Origin: Octopus vulgaris | Lineage: Eukaryota | Assembly (NCBI GenBank): GCA_951406725.2 | Contig: OX597817.1 | Location: 10,540,001 to 10,604,000 of the forward strand | Length of the DNA stretch: 64,000 nucleotides | Reading direction: 5' to 3' | In this document: in pieces, positions 14,731-27,089 of the stretch | Numbering within the stretch: the stretch's first letter is position 1 | Layout of the letters: every line of letters starts with the position of its first letter | Program-made: the position numbers and the translations under genes | The notes under the pieces: generated by a model | Told to the model about the DNA's origin: nothing | Databases searched by the model: none | What the model saw: only the letters and a program-made list of their open reading frames with translations

Positions 14731-15123
14731 AGGTGTAGGAGTGGCTGTGTGGTAAGAAGCTTGCTTCCCAATCACATGGTACTGGGTTCAGTCCCACTGA
14801 GTGGCACCTATGGCAAGTGTCTTCTACTATAGCTTTGTGAGTGGATTTGGTAGACAGAAACTGAAAGAAGCCCCTTCATATATATATGTATGTGTGTGTA
14901 TGTGTTTGTGTGTCTGTGTTTGTCCTCACAACATCGCTTGACAACCGATGCTGGTGTGTTTACGTCCCCGTAACTTAGCGGTTCGACAAAAGAAACCGAT
15001 AGAATAAGTACTAGGCTTACAAGAAATAAGTCCTGGGGTCGATTTGCTTGACTAAAGGTGATGCTGTAGCATTGCCACAGTCAAATGACTGAAACAAGTA
15101 AAAGAGTAATAGAGTAAAAAGAG
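14731..15123 (+). mobile_element. SINE family A
   Basis: Head, body and tail match the other copies, with a small internal deletion. Confidence 0.88.
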
Positions 15124-15704
15124 TATATATATATATATATATATATATAATTGATATAGGATAAAAAATTTTTTCGGGGAAAAAATTTTATCAATGGCCA
15201 GCATATCAAAAAATGCCTTTAAAGGTAAAATTTATACATAATTTACCATTAAATTTTAATTTAATGGTTATCGACAATTTTTTGTGTTTCGGCGTATCTG
15301 GCATTAGAATTTTTCTTCTGCCCTTATCTTGTAAATATATGTATATATATATATATATATAAGTTTTACTACTAAGCTATTTAGAAAATTAAGTAATTAA
15401 GGTTTTAAAGGGATTAAGAAGTTAACAAAGAATTTTTTCTTCAAAGAAATCAGCCTAAGGAATTAAGAGTATGGAAATAGCCAGAGGGGACTGCATAATT
15501 AAATGTGGTAGATATATAATGTTTATGAAAAAAAGGCAACTCAAATAGAGAGCTTTACAACTAGCTCATAAAAAGAATGTGGAGAACTATAAATATAGGA
15601 TCTAATGGCTTTTAGAATTGCCAATACCTTCAACAAAATCTTGATTAATATTGAAGAAACCCCATTAATCTTCAGAAATTTTAAAATCGATACTTAATAA
15701 AAGT

Positions 15705-16005
15705 ATTGTTTGTTTGTTCCTTCTCGAGCCATGCCAGGCTCATAGGGCCGGTTTCCCAGTACCCTTGGCATATAGGTTCCCCACCTGGACAGGACGCTGG
15801 TCCATCACAGGTGAACTGCAAAATGCAGGGGGAAAGAGTGAGAGAAAGTTGTGTCGAATGAGTCAGCAGAAGTTCACCATTACCTTCTGCTGGAGCCATG
15901 TGGAGCTTTGGTGTTTCGCTCATAAACACACACACATCTGAGATTCGAACCCGCAATCCTGTGACCGCAAATCCACTGCTCTAACCATAGGCCATGTGCC
16001 TCCTA
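15705..16005 (-). mobile_element. tRNA-derived SINE family C with V-domain-like motif
   Basis: Head GGCACATGGCCTATGGTTAGAGC...GGGTTCGAATCTC; CCTGTGATGGACCAGCGTCCTGTCCAGG resembles the V-SINE core; (CAAA)n tail; partial copy at 43750-43922. Confidence 0.75.
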
Positions 16006-16382
16006 ATAAAAATATAGCATAGTGAAAATTTTGGTTTGCAACTAAGTTCCCTTCTTTTATTACCTCAATGAACTAAAATTGGTCATAACACAGACTAAAG
16101 TAATACAAACTAATGATATTATGGCTCAAAATGCATTAACCATCTCCATTTTCTGGCAAAGTTTGCAGTAACCTAATATTCTAGATTTTGTAGTGAAGAT
16201 ACTGAAGGGTTCTGTTTCATCAGGTATGTGAAAATCTGGAAACTCTAAAATTTCAGAATTGAAGTTGAAACATTTACCATTCGGTAAAAACATCATCTGA
16301 GTATAAAGGAACTATCAACAAACAGAACGTTGAAAATGTGTGTGTATGCGTGAGTGTGTGTGTGTGTGTGTGTGTGTGTATG

Positions 16383-16385
<3 letters not shown>

Positions 16386-16416
<31 letters not shown>

Positions 16417-16489
16417 TAATAATAATAATAATACTAACAATAACAATAACAAAAATAATAATAATAATAATAACTATAAAAATAACAAA

Positions 16490-16524
<35 letters not shown>

Positions 16525-16744
16525 TAGCAATAACAATAATAATGATAATAATGATAATAATAATAATAACAATAACAATAATAATAATATTAATATTAAT
16601 ATTAATAATAATAATAATAATAATAACAATAACAATAACAAAAATAATAATAATAATAACAACAATAACAATAACAAAAATAATAATAATAATAACAATA
16701 ATAACAATAACAATAGTAATAATAATAACAATAACAATAACAAA

Positions 16745-16776
<32 letters not shown>

Positions 16777-16822
16777 CAATAACAAAAATAATAATAATAA
16801 TAATAATAATAACAATAACAAA

Positions 16823-16881
<59 letters not shown>

Positions 16882-16888
16882 TAACAAA

Positions 16889-16938
<50 letters not shown>

Positions 16939-17053
16939 TAACAATAACAAAAATAATAATAATAATAACAACAATAACAATAACAAAAATAATAATAATA
17001 ATAACAATAATAACAATAACAATAGTAATAATAATAACAATAACAATAACAAA

Positions 17054-17088
<35 letters not shown>

Positions 17089-17110
17089 TAACAAAAATAA
17101 TAACAATAAT
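16386..17110. repeat. Compound (AAT/AAC)n microsatellite with ~310-bp higher-order duplication
   Basis: The same variant block, including ACAATAGTAATA, recurs at ~16620-16760 and ~16930-17070. Confidence 0.9.
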
Positions 17111-17498
17111 TTCTCAAGTAACCAGAAGATGGGTTTGGTATTAATCTTCATTTGCTACCAAGGTTGTTTCGACCCATCCTGCTACTAGCCCTTATGGGTA
17201 GGACCCCATTCACCATGTGCTGCATCTATTTTGCAGTCTGGGTCTCATCAGGTACATTCATACATGGGTCCCACGCTGGTTGGGGAAGGAAACATTGCTG
17301 CAATTTTCAATTAATATTATCTTTCTATAAGAATTACAAACATTTGTAAATATAAACAAATAACATTTTGATTAAAAGAAAAGAAAAAAATTCCCCAACA
17401 AAATTATATGTGTGTGTGTGTGTGTTTATTTTTACAATGTGTACAAATAACATGGAAAAACTAAATAAATAGTTACCAGAGTAGCAAAAAATTCACAT

Positions 17499-17893
17499 AG
17501 GCGCAGGAGTGGCTGTGTGGTAAGTAGCTTGTCTACCAACCACATGGTTCAGGGTTCAGTCCCACTGCGTGGCACCTTGGGCAAGTGTCTTCTACTATAG
17601 CTTCGGGCCGACCAAAGCCATATGAGTGGATTTGGTAGACGGAAACTGAAAGAAGCCCGTCGTATATATGTATATATATATATGTGTATGTGTGTTTGTG
17701 TGTCTGTGTTTGTCCCCCTAGCATTGCTTGACAACCGATGCTGGTGTGTTTATGTCCCCAGCAAAAGAGACCGATAAAATAAGTACTGGGCTTACAAAAG
17801 AATAAGTCCTGGGGTCGAGTTGCTCGATTAAAGGCGGTGCTCCAGCATGGCCGCAGTCAAATGACTGAAACAAGTAAAAGAGTAAAGAGTAAG
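17499..17893 (+). mobile_element. SINE family A
   Basis: Near full-length match to the family consensus seen in the window. Confidence 0.9.
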
Positions 17894-17962
17894 TACCAAG
17901 GATGTTACAGCCTACTTATAAAGGTAGAAATTCCAGGGTTTAGTGAAATGTCTTTGTATAAC

Positions 17963-18645
17963 AGATAAATAAAAAAAATGGAGTTAAACACGGGTGTTAT
18001 TCAAATCTTTATACTTCCAACATATGTTCCAAAGAAAACATTGGTATTATTCCAGAGGGAATAAAATTATGTAAAACATTGCAATCTTCTCATCAGGGAA
18101 AAAAAGGGAAACAAAACACATCAGTAAGCCATTTTAACCGAATGTGATTACTGCATATATGATGAAGGGAATACTGGCAAGTTATTTTTTTTTAAAAAAG
18201 ACGTTAATAGATTTAACGTCAAATGCAATTTAGAGAAAGAGAAGTAGGAGAAAGAAGGAAATTAACAGAAAACCAAGAGTGAAGAAATGTAGTGCGATAG
18301 ATGAATGGGAACCAGACCATCACACTACGTTTCTCCACTCTTGGTTTTCTGCTATTTTCTTTCTTTCTCCTCTTTCTCTTTCTCTAAATTGCATTTGATG
18401 TTAAATCTATTAACATTTTTTTTTTTAAATAACTTGTCAGCGTTCCCTTCATCATATATGCAGTAATCTCATTCGGTTAAAATGGCTTATTGTGTTTTGT
18501 TTCTCTTTTTTTTGCCTGATGAGATTACATTGTTTTACATCATTTTATTCCCTCCGGAATAATACCAACGTTTTCTTCGAAACATATGTCAGAAGTATAA
18601 AAATTTGAATAACACCTGTGTTTAACTCCATTTCTTTATTTATCT
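17963..18645. mobile_element. ~680-bp palindromic PLE-derived element with a hammerhead ribozyme motif in each arm
   Basis: Arms ~17963-18298 and ~18318-18645 are inverted copies. Right arm: CTGATGAG...CTTCGAAACATATGTC at ~18516-18590; mirror on the minus strand at ~18013-18100. Confidence 0.8.
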
Positions 18646-18759
18646 TTATCTATATATATATATAGTCAGTATTTCATATATCCCAAAAAGAAGCATACAC
18701 TAAAGCATTAAAATAGTAATAAGTTTTTTAGGAAGTTAAATGTTATGGTCAATCATATA

Positions 18760-18815
18760 GTGACCATCGGTTTTGCACTTATAAGTACTTAGCAGTATAA
18801 GTGGCTCATCAGATT
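18760..18815 (-). ncRNA. Degenerate type-I hammerhead ribozyme motif at the PLE 3' end
   Basis: CTGATGA-GCCACTTATA(loop)TATAAGTGC-AAAA-CC-GAT-GG-TC. GAAA appears as AAAA (CpG-type decay) and stem I pairs poorly. Confidence 0.6.
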
Positions 18816-19432
18816 CAAAAGGCCGCTAATGCATATTCTTTCTGCAACCAGAATAAGAAATATGTCACTGTCAGTTTTGTAAACAAAAGACATTAGTCTG
18901 TGCTGCAGGTGGAATAGGGTTATCACCCCTACATTGGCTCTGGCCATGGTCATATTTGAAGGAACTGCAGTGGACCTATTCAGCAAATGGGTAATTCAAA
19001 ATTTGTAGTATGTCAACTTTTAGATTAAGGCATTGACTAAATACATCTCTACTGGACTTTGTAAAGATTCCCAGGGCAAGCAAGTTTTTTTAGGATTCTT
19101 GCCCTCTCTGCCAAGCAAAGCTTACATCGTTTGCTCCCATTTTTATAGGTTCCTGGTTGTTCAAAGAACTTCCATTTAATTATGTATGGAGTTCTTTCCT
19201 CTTTTAAGTACCATACATGGATGGCCAGAGACATGATGTTGCACCTTTCCAGTATCCTAAAAGAAGACTTGTGTTTGTTGAAACATTGCTTAAATTGGGG
19301 TATGGTTGAACCAACATATTTTACTGTCTGTGCATTGGATATGCTACCACCACTTGTTTCTTTCATTAATTCCAGGTCTGATATTGTTGTTGTTGTTGCT
19401 GGAGTCAATAGCAGTGCTCATATTCCTGAACA

Positions 19433-19764
19433 TTAGTTAGTTAGTTAGTTAATTTTTTGGCTCAAAAAGCAAAAAGCAAGGCCATGTAGGGGGACATGGA
19501 GTTATGTACAGGGTGGTGTTCATGTAAAGAGTTCAGGCCACTTGTGGTCAAGGGAGATTTTGAACCGAGCGGTCGTCGGCATCTTCACTATCTCGTCTGG
19601 CAGCTTATTCCACGGATCCGCAACCCGGACGGAGAAAGCCCCTCTTCTTCGATTGAGATGAAATCGTCGCAGATAGAGCTTTTCAGAATGACCCTGCAGC
19701 CGACGCCTTGGAGCAGGAGTGAAGAACAGCTCTTTCGAGAGGTTACACTTTCCGCTTATGATGT
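19433..19764 (-). mobile_element. CR1-clade LINE 3' fragment inserted into the PLE
   Basis: High similarity to 53740-54068; (CTAA)n tail at 19433-19451. Confidence 0.88.
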
Positions 19765-20906
19765 GATTCTTATGGTTCTGTTGCCACTGGTGTAGCAGTC
19801 ATTTCTGCCTGCAAAGTTGGATTTGCTGTTGCAGTTGTAATGTTAGATGTGCAACTGAAAGATACCCTTAAGTTGTGCCTATTAAACAAATGTCCATATC
19901 TGTGTGACTGTGTGAAGTTTTCATCAATCAATCTAAGGAATATCCTTCCCTCACAGGTTTTAACATTGAAAGAGAAGGGAGGAAAAAACCAAGTGACATC
20001 ACAGTGGCACTTCCTTTTGCAGGTGCCAGGGGCCAGTATATAGGAGAGGCAATCCTTAAAGCCACTGGACACCAGAGCCTCATTGTAATAAAGGGCCATG
20101 ATGTTGAAAATTTCTTGACTTGAGGATAGGTTCATGATTCTCTTGCTGACACCCTTCACAAGGTTCCTGAACAGGAAGCTGTGTCGATGTAGGACAGCCT
20201 CTTGTTTGGTTTGTGGTAGGGTTTATAAGAACAGGATCTCAGATCTAATGTAACGTCTAAAAAAGTTTACAATGGTGAGGTTGGCCTTGATTGTTATCTT
20301 GAGCCCCATGGAGCTAAGGGCACTAATTAGATCCTTTCTAAGCTTGTCAAGGGTATGCCTGTTAGCTCTTCTAAAGATGGCCAGATTGTCATCTCTGTAG
20401 AGACCAAAGAGAACTGATGGAAACCTCTTTAAGTTGTTCGAAATATACAGTTCTATAAGGTCACAGATGCTCACCCTGTTGCGGGCTCCCATCACTACAT
20501 CAAAAGAGCCCACTGGGTCAGTTTGTGCCACCTAGGTCAACCCTTTATTAAACAGCAGTGTTTTTCTGGCATGTATAACTACATCAATGTCTCTATCACA
20601 TGTGTCAGTGAAGCCCCTAGCAAAAGTAAGTGCCCTTACCAACAGCCCTTTCAATACAGATGGGTAAACTTCTTCCCTGTAATGACACACACTGCACTCA
20701 TACACACTCACACACACACACACACACATACAGACATATATTTGTAGGCTCAAAATAAGTGATTTTATATGCATAAAAATAATGAACATTGTCTGAATAA
20801 ATAAGTCGATACAAATGTAGAATTTATGTGTGTGTGTGTGTATGTGTGTGTATATGTATGTATGTGTGTATATATATATGTGTGTGTATATATATATATA
20901 CATATT

Positions 20907-20971
<65 letters not shown>

Positions 20972-21608
20972 GTATCATACAGGCTTAGCTGACTAAGTGC
21001 TTGCTTCATATCCAATAGTATTCACCATTTATTGATTTAAAGATGAAGCAAAATGCTGTACAAATTATATGTAAAGTAATCACTGAAACCAGACAGAACC
21101 ATAATTGTTAGTATGATAAAGAAATGATTAGTTGCTTTGGAGAACAAGAATTTTGCTTTGAGGCTAAAAGACAGTCTTTGACATATCTTAAATATGAGAC
21201 ACTAATGGGTAAGTTTAGGAACATAGTCAAAACACTTCCTGATCAACAGTAAGTAGAATTACTGTTTGATAATTAAATGTGAGATAATTAAATCTGAGAT
21301 AATTAAATGCAAACATCTACAGTCTACTATTTCAAAGGTTTTAGGCTGAAATTGTACCATTTTGTGTGAAACTCAATTTAACCCTTTTCTTATCATTCTA
21401 TCTCAGTTGTGGTTTTTAACACAAATCTCATCATTGTAGGCTTCATGTTTAAATTAAAACCTTCAGTGCCAATAGAATAAGTACCAGGCTTAAAATTTAA
21501 GTACTGGGGGTCAATACATTCGACTATAAATTCCTCAAGGTGATGATCCAGCATGGCCACAGTCTAATGACTGAACCAAGTAAAAAATAAAATACAAAAG
21601 ATATATAT

Positions 21609-21771
21609 AGGCGCAGAAGTGGCTGTGTGGTAAGTAGCTTGTTTACTAACCACATGGTTCCGGGTTCAGTCCAACTACGTGGCACCTTGGGCAAATGCCT
21701 TCTACTATAGCCTCGATCCGATCAAAGCCTTGTGAGTGGATTTGGTAGACGGAAACTGAAAGAAGCCCGTC

Positions 21772-21825
<54 letters not shown>

Positions 21826-22035
21826 TTGTGTGTCTGTGTTTGTTCCCCTAGCATTGCTTGACAACGATGCTGGTGTGTTTATGTCCCCGTTACTTAGCGG
21901 TTCAGCAAAAGAGACCGATAGAATAAGTACTGGGCTTGCAAAAGAATAAGTCCCGGGGTCGAGTTGCTTGATTAAAGGCGGTGCTCCAGCATGGCCACAA
22001 TGAAATGACTGAAACAAGTAAAAGAGTAAATGAGT
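21609..22035 (+). mobile_element. SINE family A
   Basis: Full-length match to the family. Confidence 0.9.
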
Positions 22036-22044
22036 ATAAAAATT

Positions 22045-22567
22045 TACACTATCCTTCATCACTGACACCAATTTTAATGTAGGGTTCATGATACTTGTGG
22101 GGTTGGGGTGACCTTTCAGTATATAGGTGTTCTCATGGACATTTGTTCTTAAACCCTTTGTTATTGCCTTTAGGATTACAATGAGCCAATGACAGCTAGA
22201 TATAGTAGCCACTATAGCCAGCAGTCGTTGGCTTGAAGAAGTCCTTTGATAACATGTCTTACTCTTTAATCTAGCTGTTGCTAAGGAAACTAGGTATTGA
22301 TAAATGGCCTTTGAGTGCTGTGTGAGCTATGGACAGAGCTGTAGTTAACAAAATAATGAATTTAGTGATGAATTTAGCATGCTGGTAAGAGTCTTTCAGG
22401 GCTCAGTCATCAGCCACCTCCAGCTCATTGTAATCCTAAAGGCAATGATAAAGGGTTTAAGAACAAGTGTCCATGAGAACACCTATATACTGAAAGGTCA
22501 CCCCCACAACCCCACAAGTATCATGAACCTTACATTAAAATTGGTGTTAGTGATGAAGGATAGTGTA
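22045..22567. repeat. ~142-bp inverted repeat partly derived from an RTE RT fragment, ~236-bp spacer
   Basis: 22045-22186 is the reverse complement of 22423-22567. VRVFQGSVISHLQLIVILKAM resembles the RT motif GVxQGSVLSPLLF. Confidence 0.75.
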
Positions 22568-22575
22568 TGTATATA

Positions 22576-22971
22576 TCTATATATATAAAAGTGCGGTTGT
22601 GTGGTGTCTGTCTCCTACGATTTAGATTCCTAACTACTCCCACATTTTGTGGTGCAGTGTAACCAAAAGCGGGTATCTTATAGTCGTGATTCATATCGAG
22701 CCCTTCTGGGTATTAGCATGCATCTACGATGAGTCTACGATTTAAAAAAAAATTTACCATCATTTTTTCCCATTTTTAAAGCATTTCTTTACTATTATAT
22801 AAGGGAAGTAACTCTCTAAAAATGTATTATTAAATCTCAGAACGTAAAAAGCTACAGTAAAACCCCCCTTTGTGGTTAGCCATATTGAGATGGCTATTAT
22901 ACTTTACATCTCTAAAAATGCTTATATAATTATTTCCCTTACAAACCCAAGCAACTCCGGGGATACTGCTA

Positions 22972-22972
<1 letters not shown>
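22576..22972 (+). mobile_element. Non-autonomous Helitron, copy 1
   Basis: 5' TC, 3' CTAG, inserted between A and T, subterminal hairpin CCCAAGCAACTCCGGG; homologous to 50622 and 60290. Confidence 0.85.
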
Positions 22973-23008
<36 letters not shown>

Positions 23009-23029
23009 TATATATCTTTTGTATTTTAT

Positions 23030-23234
23030 TTTTTACTTGGTTCAGTCATTAGACTGTGGCCATGCTGGGTCACAACCTTGAGGAATTTATAGTCGAATGT
23101 ATTGACCCCAGTACTTTTTGTTTTAAGCCTGGTACTTATTCTATTGAAATCTTTTGCTTTACCACTAAGTTATGGGGACATAAACACACTAACACCGGTT
23201 TTCATGTGGTGGAAGGGGGACAAAACACACACAT

Positions 23235-23298
<64 letters not shown>

Positions 23299-23454
23299 GG
23301 CTTCTTTCAGTTTCCATCTGTCAAACCCACTCACAAGCCTTTGGTCGGACCGAGGCTATAGTAGAACGCAATTGCCCAAGGTGCAACACAGTAGGACTGA
23401 ACCCAGAACCATGTGGTTGGGAAGCAAACTTCTAGCCCCACAGCCACGTCTATG

Positions 23455-23458
<4 letters not shown>
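23030..23458 (-). mobile_element. Older SINE family A copy
   Basis: Diverged head, body and tail are still recognisable. Confidence 0.8.
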
Positions 23459-23493
<35 letters not shown>

Positions 23494-23591
23494 ATATAGC
23501 TTATATTATATATTAACATCATCGTTTAACGTCCGTTCTCCATGCTAGCATGGGTTGGACAGTTGACCGGGGACACACAAACACACATATA

Positions 23592-25215
23592 TATAACAAG
23601 ATATTCAGAAAGTAATTATGTTTTGCCAGAAAGGATATAAAAACCAATGTAAACTATGCTTATCTGAATACTTTTAATCAAGAATGTAATCACCATCATT
23701 TTCAACAACTGCAGCCCAACAGGAAAGTAATTTTCGTAGGCCACATTCAAAGACATTTATTTCTTTTCCTGAAAAAAAAAATCTGAAAGGCTGTTTTCAA
23801 CTTCCTCTCTGTTTCTGAATGTTTTGCCTATTATAAAATGTTCAAGTGATCAGAACAGATGGAAATCTGCAGGTGCTAAGTCAGGTGAGTATGGAGGATG
23901 TGGATGAACTACCCATCCTAATGATATTTTTTTTTTCAGGTTTGTTTTGAAGAGTGTGGCCATGTTGGAGAATAACACCTTTTACTGTTTTCCAAAGCTG
24001 GCCATTTTCAAGACTTAATTTTTCATTTACATGATCAAGGAGTGGCTGTGTGGCAAGTAGACATCTGCATTGATGGTCCTTCCATGTTCAGTCCTAGCTT
24101 GTAATGGATGATACCTTTTATGTTCCACCAAACACAGATCAAAGATGTTTGTGAGATGGAGTTCTGGTTTTGGTGTTGGTACTGCCTTCTCATTACATAA
24201 TAATCATTGTTCTTTTTTTTGTGTTTCTGTTGTCCCCCTGATGCTTGAACTCATGCTGGTGTGTTTACATCACCTGTAACTTAATGCACTGCAAAAATGA
24301 CAGGTTGTTATTCCTGGTTAGAGGACTACTGCAGATGGTGGAATGTCGTGTTCAGCTCTCAAGTGTAAGCTCATGTGGAACCTAAATTGGCAATAGACAT
24401 CTGCATGTTTTCCCAATTTGCTTGAAATGCTCATGGATAGTTTCATGTTCCACCAAACACAGAGCAAGGATTTTTATGGCTGAAGTTCAGGTTTTGGTGT
24501 TGGCATTGACCTCTCATTACATTGTCTTTTTCATTTTCTGTTGTGATTTAAAACCCATTTTTCATCACCTGTAGCAATGCACTACAGAAATGACAGGTTG
24601 TTATTCCTGGTTAGAAGACAGATGCAGATGGTGGAACATTGTGTTCAGTGCTCAAGTGTAAGCTCATGTGGAACCCCAATTCTTTCTTTGCGTGTTTTCC
24701 CAATTTGCTTGAGATGTTCATGGATAGTTGAACATGACATATTAAATTCTTATGCCAAATCTCTGGTGTTTTGATGTGGATCCGATACTATAATCTCATT
24801 CAAAAGGTCGTAATTCAAAGTGGGTCGTCATTCAGAGTGGGTCATCTTCCAGTGTGAGGCTTGTCAGATATGTCACAATCACCATCTTTAAACTTTTTAA
24901 ACCACAGCTGACATGCACAAGTTTCTTCACTGCATCCAGACACACTTCACAAATGTTTTTTAATTTGCCCTTCCAGTTGCCAATCCTTTTCTTTCAAAAT
25001 TCATGCAGTAAGCTAAGGCAAATATGTTGTCTGATAAAGTTCTTATCCTCCATTGGATTGATAACCAAAATAACTATGAATGATACACTGCTAGATAGAG
25101 GAGACGATATACTATTTCTAAACAGTACCTAACCATTTCAACCTTGGCTCTGATGTAATTGGTTGATTCATATTTTATAGTGGTGAAAAAATGCAATTAC
25201 TTTCTGAACACTCTA

Positions 25216-25217
<2 letters not shown>
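23592..25217 (-). mobile_element. Mariner transposon relic with internal duplications
   Basis: TIR-like ends (TTCAGAAAGTAATT at ~23603 / AATTACTTTCTGAA at ~25195). Minus-strand motifs VPHEL (~24665 and ~24375), IATGDEKWV (~24555-24580) and HPPYSPDLAPADFHLF (~23855-23905). Confidence 0.85.
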
Positions 25218-25257
<40 letters not shown>

Positions 25258-26009
25258 TGGCCAGATCAGTCTGGAACAGGATAACAAAAAGGAAAATCCC
25301 TGTGACCAAGTTGACCATATTGAGACCGTTGGGTCAAAAGAATTTTAGTGGAACTTAAAAATTTTTTAACAATCACAAATTTAAAACACAACTTCCAGAC
25401 ATTGGTGAGTTGTGATGAAAAACTATATTCAGTAGTGAAATAACTGCCATTCAACATCAATGTGGTTAGAAAATACAGAGAAAGGAACAGCTATAGACCA
25501 TTCATAAAGAATTTTTATATCTTGAATGTGCACTCATGATGTAATTTCAGCTTCATTCTTATTATTATTTAAGTGAACAGTTACATACCAACCTGCCAGG
25601 AGCAAAGTTTGGTTTGATATGCATATATATATATATATGTATATAAAAAACAAGTCAAGATAGAAAATGCTAAAATAATTTTATAAAGAACATTTCAGGG
25701 TTCCGGTCATTTTGAGACCTTTTCAACTTTAACGATTAAATACAAATTTAGAAAAATCAAAAGAAAAATTTTTTAAAAGAAGTATAGTGTTCAGATATAA
25801 GTGGCCTTTTTCTTGTTTCTGCCTTTCTCTGTCTCTCTTGTTTACACTTGTGGGTTCGAGGTTGTTGTATATATGTATATATGAATGTGTATATACAGTA
25901 GTACCTCACTTTTTGAACAACTCTGATCATGAAGAAATTGTGCTAGGGGCCATCCACCATGAACAGAGATTAATCTTCTCTCTTTGCTCCTTTGTGCCAC
26001 ATGGGCTCA

Positions 26010-26530
26010 ACTCTTCTGCACTGGTATGATAGGAAGACAGTTGCATCAAGAGGTGCCAGTTTCTAATTGAAGAAGGAATATGTTGAAGGGGTAGACCCAA
26101 GATGTAGGACAAAGTGGAGAGAAAGGATCTGCAGACATTGGGACTCACAGAGAGGATAATGACAGGGGATTGAGACTCCTGGCAGTTTGCTGTGCTTGAA
26201 AAACCACGTCAATCTAAGCAAATGTATGGGTGCTCTTGCATACAGGTTCATCCTCTGCAGCTCTCTCCGGCTGAGTATCCCTAACCTTGCAGGCTAGTGT
26301 CATGTAATGGAAGCACCTGTGTCAGTACTGCATAAAAGCACCCAGTACACTCTGTAAAGTGGTTGGTGTTAAGACAGGCATCCAGCTGTAGAAACCATGG
26401 CCAAAGCAGACATGGAGCCTGAACAGCCCTTCAGTCAGTCAGCTCCTGTCAAACCATCCAACCCATGCCAGCATGGGAAATGGACGATAAATGATGATGA
26501 TGGTGATGATGATGATAATGATGATGATGA
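26010..26530 (+). mobile_element. RTE LINE 3' end (ORF C-terminus, UTR, (GAT)n tail)
   Basis: LHWY...RGRPK..DKV..KDLQTLGL remnant, then CATCCAGCTGTAGAAACC...CCAACCCATGCCAGCATGG..GATGATGAT. Confidence 0.82.
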
Positions 26531-26535
26531 TATAT

Positions 26536-26608
<73 letters not shown>

Positions 26609-26732
26609 TACTTTCTTCATCACTGTCAAGATATACATGTGTGTGTGTGTGTGTATGTATGTATGCATGCATGCATGTATGTATGTATGTATGTATGTAT
26701 GTATATTTACATATTTATATATATATATATAT

Positions 26733-26776
<44 letters not shown>

Positions 26777-26823
26777 TATATAGACATACATCTATACGTA
26801 TATAAATATTTACATACATACAC

Positions 26824-26873
<50 letters not shown>

Positions 26874-26886
26874 ACATGTGTATATA

Positions 26887-27080
<194 letters not shown>

Positions 27081-27089
27081 CATATATAA

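Larger units (their letters stand above)
18755..20690 (-). mobile_element. Penelope-like retroelement relic (RT + GIY-YIG endonuclease, 3' hammerhead), frameshifted
   Basis: RT motifs FDVVMGA..ICDLIELY and GLYRDDNL (20223-20531); WFFPPFS linker (19770-20159); GIY-YIG KYVGST..FKQCFNKHKSSFR..IKWK..CKLCLAE (19049-19408); CTGATGA motif downstream. Confidence 0.9.

Noticed and set aside
16338-17188. Longest ORFs in the track (poly-N, poly-I, poly-L)
   Set aside because: Translations of an (AAT)n microsatellite that is open in several frames. The same applies to all [12 protein letters not shown] and LSIY ORFs.
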